Assembly (NCBI RefSeq): GCF_963921235.1
Contig: NC_086097.1
Coordinates: 74,836,001 to 74,896,000, forward strand
Direction: 5' to 3'
From: Mobula hypostoma
Lineage: Eukaryota
DNA length: 60,000 nt
Shown one piece after another: positions 38,556 through 52,187 of this stretch. A program made the translations under genes and the position numbers. Positions within the stretch are counted from its first letter, which is position 1; every line of letters begins with the position of its first letter. Under the pieces are notes generated by a model. The model worked only from the letters and a program-made list of their open reading frames with translations, had not been told where the DNA came from and searched no databases.

Positions 38556-41500
38556 GACAGAGATTCATACAGAGCTCCTGTCTCTGCAGTGTAGGGAGAT
38601 GCACTACATAATGCGCTGGGTACCTCAAGTATGGTTTGCCGTCACGGCCACCTGCTCAGAGGGCTGTGATAGCAGTGAAGATCAGCAGATGGACTTGAGT
38701 TCTGTTCTGCCACACTTTGCAGATTGTGGGAAGGGGTGGGCTTTGCAGGTTAGGAGAGTTCAATCCTCTGCAGCCTTTTGTCAGCAGACACCAGGGGAAG
38801 AATACTAACCACCCGCAAGAAACGTTACTGGGTATTGCAGGCCCCGGAAATTTGCCTTCTTTGCTATCAGAAGCTAACTGTCTAATACTCAACATTGACA
38901 AGTAGTGCATTAAAATTTAATTTCATTGATGTTCTGAGAGTATTCTTTAAAAAAATGCTGTTCTACTAACTCCTGGTACAATTGCCTAACCTGAACATTC
39001 AAAGGGCTGTCTTTGCTGGAAGGTGGATGAATAGGCCAGGCAACATCCTAATCCAAAGAAGTCAAGTAGTCAGAAAGTGAATGAGGAGGAGAATCAAGGA
39101 GGCAGGTAAAATTGACAGGCAAGATAACTGCAGAAGGGGCGTGGGTGTTGGGAAACCACAATTTAGTGTCTGTGTGAGTTGAAAATGAGGAGATTAAGAG
39201 GAAGAGAGGTGGAAAAGAGTAAAGTAAGGATGCTCTCAAACTACCTCATTATCCCAAGAGAAACAATGGCATCAAAGAAGCATCATCTTATTCACTTGTG
39301 AGTTTGATCAATAATACATGTTTGGAAAATAAACTTGCAAAAAAAAGATAACAAATATGTGTTTTTCTTCATTTCCCTAAGGTAGGAGCATTTAGGATTA
39401 ATTACAACTCTGTCTGAACTATGGAAAATCTACTTGCCTGACGCTGAATGCATTCAAACTAAATCTTTTGAAGGAAAGGGTTGCTTTAATATGTGTTAGT
39501 TGATAAACTGGTTATCAATCCTTTGCATGACAGATTCTGCTTTACAGCAATTTCTGGCAATTCTCAGTAGGAGGATTACTCAATTGCTGTGTACAAAATG
39601 GCCTAACCAAAATGAGTTGAAACAAAATGTCCCTTTATAACAATCATACACCAATTCTGTCAACATCAATTGTTCTTTGATGCATAGCTAATGATTATCC
39701 AGCTTTTTTTATCTCACATTTCGACTGAGTACCTCATTTCTAAATTAGTATTCTTACTGAACTGGGATGCCAGGGCCAGAATGACACCTAAGACATAATT
39801 ATTTAACATTTTCCTGCCACTGTAGTACGCTGGGCAACTAAAGTAAAAATGAAGTGATTTTACTAAATCAGACCACATCATTCAAAATATCTGTGCAGTG
39901 ATTCTCCAGACACCATTTGATTTAAAGTTTTAGATGCATGCATATAATTATGCAAATACTGCAGCATTTAAGTAGATATAAAACATTACTGCTAATATAA
40001 ACTCAACTGAAAAAAGCAGATTTTTTAATATTCTTTCTCTAAGTAATAAACATTTGGATCCTGAGAGTTTTCCTAACTTTCAAAAATTGCCTAAACCAAT
40101 ACCAACATTATTTGTTTTTATAACCTGAAATGTTAATTTACTTAATTGCCCTTAACAACGCTACATCAGATTGGTAGGCAGTACTTTGCATTATTAATAC
40201 ACTACAAGTCTAAAAGGAAATCTGTTGGAATATACCCACAGTAATTCTTTTTAGCATTTCTTAAGCATCAAGACAGAAATGTAATTGGAATAATTTCCAA
40301 GCAAAATGCAGAAAATATCTAAGAGCTTCTTGAAGAAAGCACTCATTTTCTTGTTATGAAAGGGTATTTCTGGTCCTCCTAGTTTATAGATAAGATGATC
40401 CTCAGGCAACACTTGTCAATCACAGAAAACTTGATAGACCCAGTAACGGACATATAATAGTTGTTTAATAACTTCAAATGTAGAGCTGTGAATGTCATGA
40501 GTTTACTATGAACTAATCTACAGTATTGGACTCTTTAATCTGTTAAGGATAAAACAGATCACTGAAGTCTAATTAGAAAAAGATTAGAAGACGCGAGGTG
40601 ATATTCGTTTTTAACATTCAAAATCAAATTGAACTACATCTTGAATTACTTGTGATATTATTAATTGCAATTATCTTATTTTACTTTAATTCAATATATT
40701 TACAAAGACATTTTATTTTGTTACCAGCTTATCCTCACTTTAGCAACATGAAGTACGGAACATAGAACCACAGACAATGCTGCAAAACACTGCAATTATA
40801 ATGAGCTTGTCTATTTTGTGTGTAAGGAAACAGTAGGATCTGATATTTTTAAGAGTTATTCCTCTGCTGAAATAGCGTATGAATTGATAGCTCAAACTGA
40901 ATGAGTTGCTTTGTAGGTGTTCTGGATAATGATGGCAGGGCAAAAATAATCATGCCACTAATTTTTAAAAACAATAACAGATCCCTCAAAGCATGCTCAA
41001 ATTGTGTTGAGTAATAGAAATGTTTACAAAGGTCAGGACAACCTCACCATGCAATTTAAAGTGTAATACTTTGCTATTAAAGTGGGGTCTGCAAGCAGTA
41101 AGTGGTATTCTAAAATATACATTGCTTCTGCAACTGCCAATATTCTCAAATATTGTTCCTTGCATAATGAGAGGGGATTCAGCTAAATAGTGAGACGACA
41201 AAAATAAATTACACTGCATGAGAACATTGCCCACCCATCAAGAAGTAGGCTTAACTTAAGGAACTCCTGGTCAAAAACACCGATAACTCCCTAAATAATC
41301 TGGATGCTGAGGTCTGAATATGTGAAATCTGGTCCACATCATAAGTCCCCAACAACAAATTGGTTGAAGGTGCAATTACCAAATTTTCTTGTTTTTGCCT
41401 GCAGTGTCAATATTGGATTGCACTGAAATGCATTCAGATAGAACATTGAGGGTGTGTCTATTAATTGAACAAATGAACCATCACAGACTCGCTGATTTGA

Positions 41501-42035
41501 TATTGATGAGCCACACTGCAAATTTGTTCCCATTTGGCTAAAACAAAGGGTTTGAAGAAATTCACTCAGCCACCCTGCTTTTATCAACTGTCTATCAAAG
41601 CTCCTCATACAACTTTATCGCGCAAACATCCTACCATCATTTGCCTAACAACAGAAAAGAAGAAAAAGTAAGAAAAACTGTGAACTGACTAATGGTGAAC
41701 TGACCAGCACTGCTTTTATTAATTAAAATTTAAAAATCTAGTACAACTATTATTTTGCACATTGAAATACGTTTCTAAAGAAAACTCAGAAACAATTTAT
41801 TTTGGAGCTGTTCTACATCTGTAACAAAATGTGACAACAGTTCAGGTACTATATTTAATACTTCAAATGAAAGCAGACGTCCATATGCATTTTACCTTAG
41901 TTTTAATTATTGATGTTCAGTCACAAAGTAGTACAGCACAAAAATGACCCTTTAAGCCCATCTTCACTACACTAGTCCCATTTGCCCGCAATAGGATCAC
42001 ACTCTTCCATGCCTTGCTCTTTCTGCACTGCACTC

Positions 42036-42501
42036 AACTCAGTGGCTGCTTTATTAGGTACCTCCTGCACATAATAAAGTGGCCACTGAATGTATGTTCG
42101 TGGTCTTCTGCTGTTAAAGCCAGTCTTCACCAAGGTTTGATACGTTGTGTGTTCAGAGATGCTCTTCTGCACAACACTATTACAACATGAGCCTATCTGA
42201 GTTGCTGTCGCCTTTTTTGCACTATTCTCCGTAAACTCTAGAGACTATTGTGCATGAAAATCCCAGGAGATCAGCAGTTTCTGAGATACTCAAACCATCC
42301 CGTCTGGCACCAACAATTATTCCACGGTCAAAGTCACTTACATCACATTTCTTCCCCATTCTGATGTTTGGCCTGAACAACAACTGAACCTCTTGACACT
42401 GTCTGTATGCTTTTATGCCGCCACATGATTGGCTGATTTGCTATTTGCTTTAAGAAGCAGCTGCACAGATGCACCTAATAAAGTGAAGTGGCCACAGAGT
42501 G
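42036..42501 (-). mobile_element. Non-autonomous Tc1-derived element (MITE-like)
   Basis: Ends actcagtggctgctttattaggtac / gcacctaataaagtg..gccacagagtg, an extra internal TIR copy at about 42070-42092, and the transposase relic QKSISEHTTYQTLVKTGFNSRRP. Confidence 0.8.
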
Positions 42502-43029
42502 CATTTATCAATATAAGATGAATTAATCAAACAAAAAGGGGACACGTTAGTTTATGCCAGATTTTTGGGAGATAATTCTTAATTGGAGGTAATGAATATG
42601 TGTTGTTTTAATAAAGAATATGTTGAATTCATTAACACCATTCCCATCTCTACAAAAAGGGATAAAAATGGATTCGGATTATGAATTACATTGACTTTTT
42701 AATCTCTGCTAAACATTTCCCTGCTTATGTGGAGTTTGCTTTAGATATGACTATCAACTATTTACATATTGTTCTGGTGCTGAAGGTAAAGTGGGGGATT
42801 AAACTACACAGGATATGGATGTGTGCTCATAATGAACCACCTATTTCCAAAGAGGAGTGGTTACCACACAGGACAATCAGCCTTTCACACCACTGCATGG
42901 ATGGTAACGGGAATAACCTAGTACTTGGTGTGGTAAATGTTTTGTTGTTACACCTCCTCGCTGAATTAATCCTTAGTGATTTAAATTGAATCCTGACCTC
43001 CAATTCTCGGTGGAATTTGTACATTCTCA

Positions 43030-43276
43030 TTGGGACGGTCTGGATTTCCTACATGAATTCCGGTTTGCGCCCACTACCCAAAAAGATGTGCAGAAATAGA
43101 TTAGATGGCCATCGTAAATGGCTCATGGTATAGCTCAGTGAGCAGTGAAATATGTGAGGACTTGATGAAAATGTGGAGAGAGTAATGTGGGCTAAGTGCA
43201 GGATTGGATGCCTGATGGCTGGCATAAGCTCGATGGGACAAAGGCACTGCCTCCTTTTTGTTTGACTCTGTGACCC
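43030..43276 (+). mobile_element. Decayed V-SINE 3' part
   Basis: tccggttt..ccca...ccaaa.agatgtgc..gtaaat.g...tgatgg.tggca..actcgatggg-like..tgactctgtgac. Confidence 0.55.
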
Positions 43277-45026
43277 CTCTTTCCCGACTGACACAGACTA
43301 TTTACCAAATACTACGGAGGCACTGATACTAATCAAACATTCTACTGGGCCTGAAATCACTGTTACATTAAAAAGCAGTTGCAGAGTTTCTTGGTTTATT
43401 TCAGATAAATATTTGTCGCCAGTGTTGCACAGTATCAATACTCCTTTCTGACACCAGAAAAGAGAACCAGCTATTTAGTTTGGCCAGTCCTGTTAAAGAC
43501 ATAATCACATATTTTTGGCAAAAAGCACTGTTCACTTCAAAGGCATTAATTGTGATGATTGTTCCATTTTAGTCTAATAGCTTACAGAGAAAGTATTGGA
43601 GATGGCAAGGTTGGAGGTCTCTCACAGAAGTTGCTCCTTTCTCAATTACTTGCTCAGCATGAAAACCTGGTGCATAACACTGCCACTCATCTGTTACTGC
43701 CTTCCTTTTCCGTTGCCTACTAATCATGTCGCAGACCCCTTTTCGAAGCCCATCAGACATGTTGGGTCCACCTCAGGAGTCATCGTCGCTTGCTCTTACC
43801 TTCCCGAGAACCAGCACACAAATCAGCACCATATGGGCGGCAGAATCAGACAGACCTGCACGAGGTAATTCAGTGAGCATCAGAGCGAGCGGAAAAATAA
43901 TGACCCAGAAACAGCTCCTGGGAGAGTTGAGGCACCAGTACTGCAACCTGTAAAGGAAGCATGATCTCAGCTCATCAGGAAGCGCTCAATACATTGGGCC
44001 ATCTGCCCAGGAGCTTCTACAACTTTGTGGAGAGCATGGAGGAGTCTGCCACCAACTTGGATGGGCTTATGACCATAAGACGTAGCAGCAGAATTAGGCC
44101 ATTTGGCCTATCGAGTCTGCTCCACCATTCCATCATGGCTGCGTTAGTATCCCTCTCAAACGTATTCTCCTCCTTATTCCCTAACCTTTGACACCCTTTT
44201 AAAACAAGAATCTATCAACATTGCTTTAAAAATACCTAATGTCTTAGCCTCTATAACTGTCTGTGGCAACGAATTCCACAGATTCACCACGCTCTGGTGA
44301 AAGAAATTCCTCTTCATCTCTGTTCTATTGGGAAGTCCTTCTATTCTGAGGCTGTGCCCTCTGAATCCAGACTCCCTCACTATAAGAAATACTCTCTTCA
44401 TGTACACCCCATAGCCTTTCAATATTTGGAAGGTTTCAATAAGATACCCCTTCATTCTTCTTAACTCCAGTGAGAACAGACCCTGAAATGTTAACCCTTC
44501 CATTCCTGAGATCGTTCTCATAAACCTCCTCTGGACCCTCTCCAATGCCAGCGAATCCTTTCTTAGATACGGGCACCAGAAATACTCACAATGCTCCAAA
44601 TGACCAATGCCTTATAAAGCCTCAGCATTACATCCTTGCTTTTATACTTTAGTCCTCTAGAAATTAATGCTAACATTGCATTTGCCTTCCTTACTACTGA
44701 CTCAATCTGCAAGTTAACCTTTAGGGAATCCTGCACAAGGACTTACAAGTCCCTTTGCACCTTCAATTTCTAAATTTGCTCCCCACATAGAAAACAGTCT
44801 ATGCCTTAATTCCTTCTACCAAAGTGCATGACCATACGCTTTCCTATATTGTATTCTATCTGCACTTCTTTGTCCATTCTCCTAACCTGTCCAATTTATT
44901 ATGCAAACTCCCTGTTTTCTCAACACTATCTACCGCTCCAACTTCCTTTGCATTGCTTGCAAACTTGGCCACAAAGCCATCAATTCTGTCATTCAGATTA
45001 TTAACATTCAATGTGAAAAGTAGTGT

Positions 45027-45225
45027 CACAAACATGAGAAAATCTGCAGATGCTGGGAATCCAGAGTAACACACACAAAATGCTGGAGAAACTCAGCAGG
45101 CCAGGCAACATCTAATGAAAAGAGAAAACAGTCAATGTTTTGGGCCGAGACCAAAATAAAAGGTCTCAGTCCGAAATGTTGACTGCCTACTCTTTTCCAT
45201 AGCGTTCCTCCAGCATTTTTATGGA
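45027..45225. mobile_element. Penelope-type hairpin insertion with a 13-bp target-site duplication inside CR1
   Basis: Arms cagtcaatgttttgggccgagacc / ggtctcagtccgaaatgttgactg. Flanks tgaaaagtagtgt (45014-45026) and tgaaaattagtgt (45226-45238). Confidence 0.82.
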
Positions 45226-46488
45226 TGAAAATTAGTGTATCCACGACAGACCTCTATGGAACACCTCTTGTCTCCAGCAGGCAACCAGTATCAATTGTTT
45301 GGTGACAATAAAGTATAAAGTAAGTAAAGTAAAGGCCCCTTTTATTCCCACTCTTTGCCTTCTGCCAGTCAGGCAATCTTCTATCCATGCTAGGAATACC
45401 ATGGGCAATTATCTTGTTTACCAGCCTCGTTTACAGTATTTTGTTCAAAGACTTTATGAAAATCTAAGTTAACAACATCTACTGACTCCCCTATGTCTAT
45501 CCTGCCTATTATTTCCTCAAAGACTCCCTGCAGATTTGTCAAGCAAGATTCACCCCTTAATGAAACCTTGCTAACTTTGGCCTATTTTATCATGTGCCTC
45601 CAAGTACCCTGAAACAACATCCTTAGTAATGGACTCCAACATCTTACCAACCACTGAAGTCTGGCTAACCAGCCTATAATTTGTTTTCTTTAGCCTCTCT
45701 CACTTCTTATAGATTGAAGTGACATTTGTGATTTTCCAGTGCTCCGGATCCATTCCAGAACCCATTGATTCTTTAGAGATCATTACTAATGCCTCCACAA
45801 TCTCTTCAGTGACCTCTTTCAGAACCCTGTAGTGTAGTCCAATTGGTCAAGAAGACTGACCTTCAAACCTTTCAGCTTCCCTCTGACCTCATCCTTTGTA
45901 TTAGCAATTACACTCACTTCTGTCCTATAACACTCCCAAATTTCTGGAATGCTGCTGGGTGTCTTCCACAGTGAGGGCTAATACAAATTAATGATTCGGT
46001 TCATCTGCCATTTCCTTGTACCCCTTACTACCTTTTCAGCGTCGTTTTTCAGCAGACTGATGTCCGCTCTTGCCTCTCTTTCACTGTTGATATATCTGAA
46101 AAATCTTTTGGTACCCTCTTATATATCATTGGCTAACTTATCTTCATATTTCATCTTTTCCCTCCTTATTTCTTATTTAGCTGTTGTCTGTTGTTTTTTA
46201 AAAGTTTCCCAATCCTCTAGTTTCTCATTATTTTTGCTATATTGCTCTCTTTTGCTCTTCTTAAGGTCTTTGACTGCCATTGTCAGCCATAGTTGCCTCA
46301 TCCTCCCTTTAGAATATTTATTTTTTGGGATCAACCAACCCTGCGCCTTCTGAATTACTCCTAGAAACTCCAGCCACTGCTGTTCTATCATCCCCGTGAG
46401 TGTCCCTTCCAAACAACTTTAGCCAGCTCCTCTCTCATGCCTCTGTAGCTCCCTTTACTTCACTGAAATACCAATACTTTCAATTTTT

Positions 46489-48210
46489 GATTCAGATTCA
46501 GATCCATTTGTTTATCAGATGTACGTCAAAACATACAGTAAACTGCATTGTTTGAGTATGACCAGCATCATCTGAAGGCTGATTTATACTTGTGCGTACT
46601 AACTTGCGTCGTAGCCTACACAAGTGGGCAACGCTGTTGTGAGCATTTATACTTGTGCGTTGGTGTGTTTGCGTCGCTCTGCAATTCACCGCCAAAACCC
46701 TAGTTGGCAGTGGGGTTTCTATGCCACTGTGTTGAATTTCTTCGTTTTGAAACTCATCATGAAGAAACTCAAACTTCAAACAATGGCGACTGAAACTGAA
46801 GGAGGGTGAATTTTCTGTGCTTGTCCGGCCACTGAGAGACATGGACGAAAAAATGCATTTCAAATATTTTCGGATGTCAGCAGGTAGATCTGATGATTTG
46901 GTTCATCGTCTCCAACCATTTATTTCACATCAGTGTACACACAGTATACTCAGAGACTGGCAATCACCATTTGAGTTTTAGCTTCAGGTGGAAGTCAACA
47001 GGCTGTAGCAGCTAGCTACAAACTGGCGTCAAGCACAGGGTCCTCCATAATTTCAGAGGTCTGTAAAGCTTTATGGAAAGCACTGCAGCCAGAGTTCTTT
47101 CCCTGCCCTTCAGTCGCCCAATGGGAAGCTATTGCAGCGTAGGAGGAAAAATGCGATGCTACCAGGTGGACCAATCACAGTTGTTTCCGTCTGCGGCACC
47201 GCAACGCGTAGTTACATTTTGGGAGAGGTGTGCGTTAGGCTATGGCGTAGGGTTTGGCGTGGAGTACAGCATAAGGTACATGGCTACACCGTACCTACGG
47301 CGTACATTTGACGCATAAGTATAAATCAGCCTTAAGGGTGAGCTGGGGCAGCCTGCAAGTATCATCACACATTTTGGCGATGACATAGTAAGCCCACAAT
47401 GCTTACAGTACAACACAGAACACAACACAACAAGTAACAAAACAAGCCCCTTTCCTTCCTCCCTCACACCCACCCACCCAAACAGTCCTCCAACCTCACA
47501 ACAGGCTTCTGGGCCTCCAGTGGACTTTGGGACTATGATTCTCTGACATCCCCAGTGAGCTTCATACTCATAGACCCAGGACTTGACCACTGGGCTTCAA
47601 TTTCCAGACTTCAGATTGATCTTCGTGCTTGAATCTTCATTAACAACTCCAGGGCTAGCACCAAACAACAGGCCTCGAACTCTGGACTCACTGATAACAG
47701 GAGCCCAAATTCCAGGCCTTGAACTCCAGACTCGCCGACTCGCATACCTAGGAGGTCACCGGCTCTTATGCCCCCTGTTCACATGGGCCTCCGATCCTTG
47801 GACCCACCGCCCCAACAGAATTGCTGACCACCAGCTCTCATCCTCACTGGTCCTTGCCGACAGCACCTTGGCAGCCTGACGTACACAGATGTCTTTCATC
47901 ACAAGGCCACATTGCATGCCTTCGAGCATGGAGAGGACGTCCAGACTCCAGATTCCCTTCATCAGTTGTCCACGTCACTGGCTTTCGAACACGGAGCACA
48001 GAATGGAGGCCTAGATTCTGGCCTAACCTCTAACTCCTCCACATTCCTGTCCTTAAACCCGAATCTGACCACTAACTCTCCCACATATAGGTACCTAAAC
48101 ATTAACTCCTCTCTCTGTCCCCAAAACCACCCCTGTGAACTTAGAAAACAACTAAATCTGAGCCACAACCTTAAAGGAAGGATAGCTTGATGCCACCTTG
48201 ACCAGAAGTC
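46489..48210 (-). mobile_element. Non-coding retroposon (about 1 kb after removing the Harbinger), inserted in CR1
   Basis: (gattca)n tail at 46489-46503 and GACTTCTGGTCAAGGTGGC at its 5' end; CR1 sequence is collinear on either side. Confidence 0.6.
46576..47332 (+). mobile_element. Internally deleted PIF/Harbinger DNA transposon, 757 bp
   Basis: 22-bp TIRs AGGCTGATTTATACTTGTGCGT / ACGCATAAGTATAAATCAGCCT (1 mismatch) and 3-bp flanks TGA/TAA. 46802-47138 translates as [87 protein letters not shown]. Confidence 0.9.
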
Positions 48211-49027
48211 ACCACTTTGACCTTCTCCCTCTCAAATGCAGGTTGAATTCTATTATATCATGATCACTGTCTTTGAAGGGCTCCTTTATCTTAAACTCCC
48301 TAATCAAATCTCGTTCATTACACAGCACCCAATCCAGAATTGCCTTTTCCCTATCTGGTGTGTGGTATTGGTATTCTGGTTGTTGCCTGTAGAATATGTG
48401 GTGTCCTTGGGGGACACCAAGGTTGAACCATCCCTCTGTGAATTGGTGACACCAGTGTGGTGATATGCATGCTTTGAGCATCAACAGTGATGACCCAGAC
48501 AAAGAATTGGGTGGAAATTGGGGCAAGTGGTATGTTGGTATTGTTCTAAAAAAAAGGTCACCTTACTGCCATTTTGTATGCCCACAGAAACACTGAGATA
48601 AGTTCCCACAGTTCCAGTCCTTCTGGAGTTCTCTCTTCCCAGCTCTAGGCAATTTGTTCGTGGTGGCCTTTTAATGTGGACTTAAACAAATCCTTAATCT
48701 AATTTGGGTAAAATGCATTTTAGCATGGGAGCAAGACTTAAAGTGGAGTAAACAGGAGAAAGCAATGAACCTGCTTTCCATTAGTCAATGGCAGGGCAGA
48801 TCTTTGCATAAACGTAAAGAGCATGTCCTGTCAGGCTAATGGACTGTAGATTAATGTTTCAGCAGCAGTTCTGATGATTGGCAGGTCATTGGACACTAGG
48901 CCACCACTTGTCCTCTCACTCACAGCTCTCGCTCTGCACCAGGAGAAATCTTGTGATGTAAATTTTGTAGCGGCCATCAATTTTGCTGGTTTTACCAGGA
49001 GTGATCCCACTTGTTTTTTTCCCTTCT

Positions 49028-49140
49028 TTGTCCTGATGAAGGCTTCCAGGTATGAAACAATAACTGTTTCTCTTTCCACAGATGCTGCCTGACCCACTTG
49101 GTTTTTCCAGCATTTTCTGTTTTTACCTTGGATTTCCATC
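49028..49140 (+). mobile_element. Penelope-type terminal repeat with a degenerate hammerhead core
   Basis: gtcCTGATGAagg...GAAAc followed by cagatgctgcctgacc...tccagcattttctg. Confidence 0.6.
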
Positions 49141-50803
49141 AACCATTATGTTTTGTGTTTCATTTCCACTCCACAGCGGTATCACTGGGGTGAAATCGCA
49201 GTGCTGTGTAACTGCAGGAAAATAGAACTTGGGGATGACTGCAAGGAAGGATGGTTTCTCACAACCAGAGAAAGCTACTTAAGACATCTACCCTCCACTA
49301 GTGGGATGCTGTGGAGTCTCAGCACTATCTTGTATTCTACATCCAAAATCTGGAACAGGACTTTGGCAGCAGAGTATAAAGTACTGTCCCTCCTAATACG
49401 TTTAGCACAACTCATCAGAGATAAATTTTTATGCAACTATTGTCTCTAAAGAAGAGTGGATACATGCATTAGTGAACAGAGGGATATGCTTACGGTAGAA
49501 CACAATATTTGTGAAGAAAAGGAAAGAGGTGAGGGTTCGCAACACTGGAACAATTCTGTGAATGAATTAACCTGTTGAAAAAAAGCTCAAATCCTACTGT
49601 TTCCCCCATTTGCTTTTACATTACATTTATTAATTGAGGCCCTTAATTAAACAGTCTGTTGATATTTAAAATAAATAGACAGGATTAATCTGGCATACCA
49701 AAACAGTAGATTTGGCTACCAGTATTTGGGTGAATTTCATGTTCAATTTTACATTTTAAATCTGTTTTGCTCAGATCCTTCACATCAGCTTTGCTTCCCT
49801 ATGAACTCACTACTACACGTTCCTGCCATTTTACACATGCAGAGTTCTGTGCCTCTCAATGTCTCAGGCAAGAGGAATGATGAATAAGCAGATGTGAATC
49901 ATGTACACAGAAGTTATATCATTGTTCTATAATGTTGTAATGTTATGCATGTTCAATACTTTTGTGGGTCTCATGAATTTCATACTATATTTAACTTTGA
50001 ATGAAGGTGCTCGCTGCTGGAATCCCATGACACTGCAAATGCCTTGTGGGAGCTGTATGATTTATGTCTAGCGTTAAAAAAAATATTTTGAAATAAATAT
50101 GAAACAGTAGCCCATGTATTATTCCACACATCTGACTACAAAAACCCAGCTCATGAGTGAAGAAGTATAAAGCCAGCACTGAATATGTAATATTTCATGC
50201 TTAAAATTGTTGTTTTTTTTTGACTTTTTAAGTTCGTCTTGAACTTAATATCAGTTTTTCATTCAATCTGTATATCACTATTTGCCCTCAAAACATAATA
50301 TGCAAACAACGTTCTGTGAAATAAGTGTCATGGAAATCCACATGATTACTGCTGCGTACATATTTCATAGAGCTTCACAAGCTGTCATAAGGCTTGCTTA
50401 CATTTGAGCCCTGCACAAGTAGAATGACTTCAATAACTTGTAACCACTGTAGTTATTAGTCCAAAATTTTTGATTTCTCATTGATTCTCCAATGAGAAAC
50501 ACATGAATTGCTGTTTAAATCTATTCCTTGTAAGCTACCACAAATTCTTTGTTTGAATTCAATCACAAAAGCGGTTGTGCATATTTAAAGCATTCTTCAT
50601 ATTGGCAAATTATCTGATGTGATTCACATAATAAACTCTTACAGCAAATATTGACTGCTTGAAAGACTTAGTTTTGAGGAAATGCCTTTAACTTTTAAAA
50701 GCTATATTCCCCTGAACATGAGCAATGATTACATACATGCCCGCACACATGCATAACGCACACACCCTTGAGTCCCCTTGAGTCAGACAGGCAGGCATGA
50801 GGG

Positions 50804-50922
50804 CTCTCTCTCACACCTAGTCGCTCTCTGTCTTTCTTTCTCTCTCTCTCTGTCTCTCTGTCTCTTTCTCTTCCCCCATCAGTCTGTCTGTCTTTCTCTC
50901 TCTCTCACACACACACACACAC
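50804..50922. repeat. Compound (CT)n/(CA)n microsatellite
   Basis: Direct reading. Confidence 0.85.
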
Positions 50923-52069
50923 CAGGGTTATCTCCTTTAAGTTCCAGCCTGAATCTTACCAACATAACTCAGCAAACCCACTGTAACCAGACAGTTTTGA
51001 ATTTCAGCTGGGACCTGAGCAACCTGAAAAATGAAACTGCATCAGGGTAAAAACCTATAGTGTTGACTTATGCCTGTGTTGCAAGCAGACTTGGAGTCAA
51101 AACGCTTCAAGCGTTAACGTAATTGCAAGAATGTGAAAAATGAAGCATCAAGCTCCTGAGCAAAGCAAAAGGTCAAACTCGAGCCTCTCACAGCTCTGCT
51201 CTGTGGAAGATGGCCTCATTTTACATTTAATCAGCCTCATGCTCTGTTTGTCTCCATAATTTTTTTAACCTATTAAAAATATAGCAATTAACTTTAAAAA
51301 AAGGCACTCTGTCTTCAGTAAGTGACATTCACTATCTTTCTGTGTTAAAATATGATCTGTGGCATATATGAAAAACACTGCACTCAACCCAGAAGACAGT
51401 CAATAAGTGCTTAGCAGATTGCAGGTCACTTGAACTTATGCATGTAAAATAATCAATACTTCTCAAAGATTAGGTTTTCAGGATCTTTGGAAATGACAGA
51501 GAAAACAAATGTATGGCACCCATAAATACCAACTAGATAGGTTTCTTTTTGTTCTAGCTTGTAAATTGAATTAAATTAAAAGCACAGTTTTCTTTTTTTA
51601 ATGCTGCTACAGTTATACAGCACTTATTAGCTTTCTCATTGCAGTGGCACAGTCCTAATACTACAATAATTAATATCACTACGGACAGAGCAAATTCACA
51701 AACTGGGCTTCGTTGCAAGTGGATAATGTCACAAAACATATAGTTTGCTGTGACCTTTGCATCTTGAATGGATTGAGTTTATTTATACAATCCAGAAAAA
51801 AAACATTATTCATATTAAAAGACAAAAGACTGCAGCAACACTTGTTACTTAACCTGTTACCATTTTATCCATATTAACTGCCACATCATTTCCTTCATGC
51901 AAGTTTAGTCAGTAGTTTTAAAAAATGTTTTCACTGACAGCTTTTCTGCTCTTGTGTACCCACCCTCTGATACTGATGTTTGTTTTATGATGTATGCAGC
52001 CATATCGTGGGAACCTGTGGGTTTGTTTAGTCATGCCTATGTTGAGCAAGGAGAGAAATAACCTCTTAC

Positions 52070-52187
52070 CTTGCTCGCTGCTGTTGTCCCCACTCTGGGA
52101 AGCGTGACCCCCACTGGAGGGTCCTGGAGTGCCAGCAGAGTGCGTTGACGTTGCATCATCGTGGTCTCTGTTCCATGATGATGGGTT
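52070..52187 (-). CDS. MEIS2: Homeobox protein Meis2, coding exon equivalent to human exon 7
   Basis: Minus strand reads ttgtatcag|AAC CCA TCA TCA TGG...GAG CAA G|gtaag. 118 nt = 39 codons + 1, encoding [39 protein letters not shown](G). ATSTHSAG and GHASQSG are MEIS2-type residues as I recall them. Confidence 0.96.

Larger units (their letters stand above)
44075..48357 (-). mobile_element. Long CR1 LINE (ORF2 endonuclease end through RT to 3' tail), interrupted at 45027-45225 and 46489-48210
   Basis: REKAILDWVLCNE..DSDHDIIEF; EQQWLEFL..IQKAQ..IP; INNLN..IDGFVAKFA; FWCPYLRKD.LALERVQRRF..RNFFHQSVVNLWNSLPQ. Confidence 0.93.
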
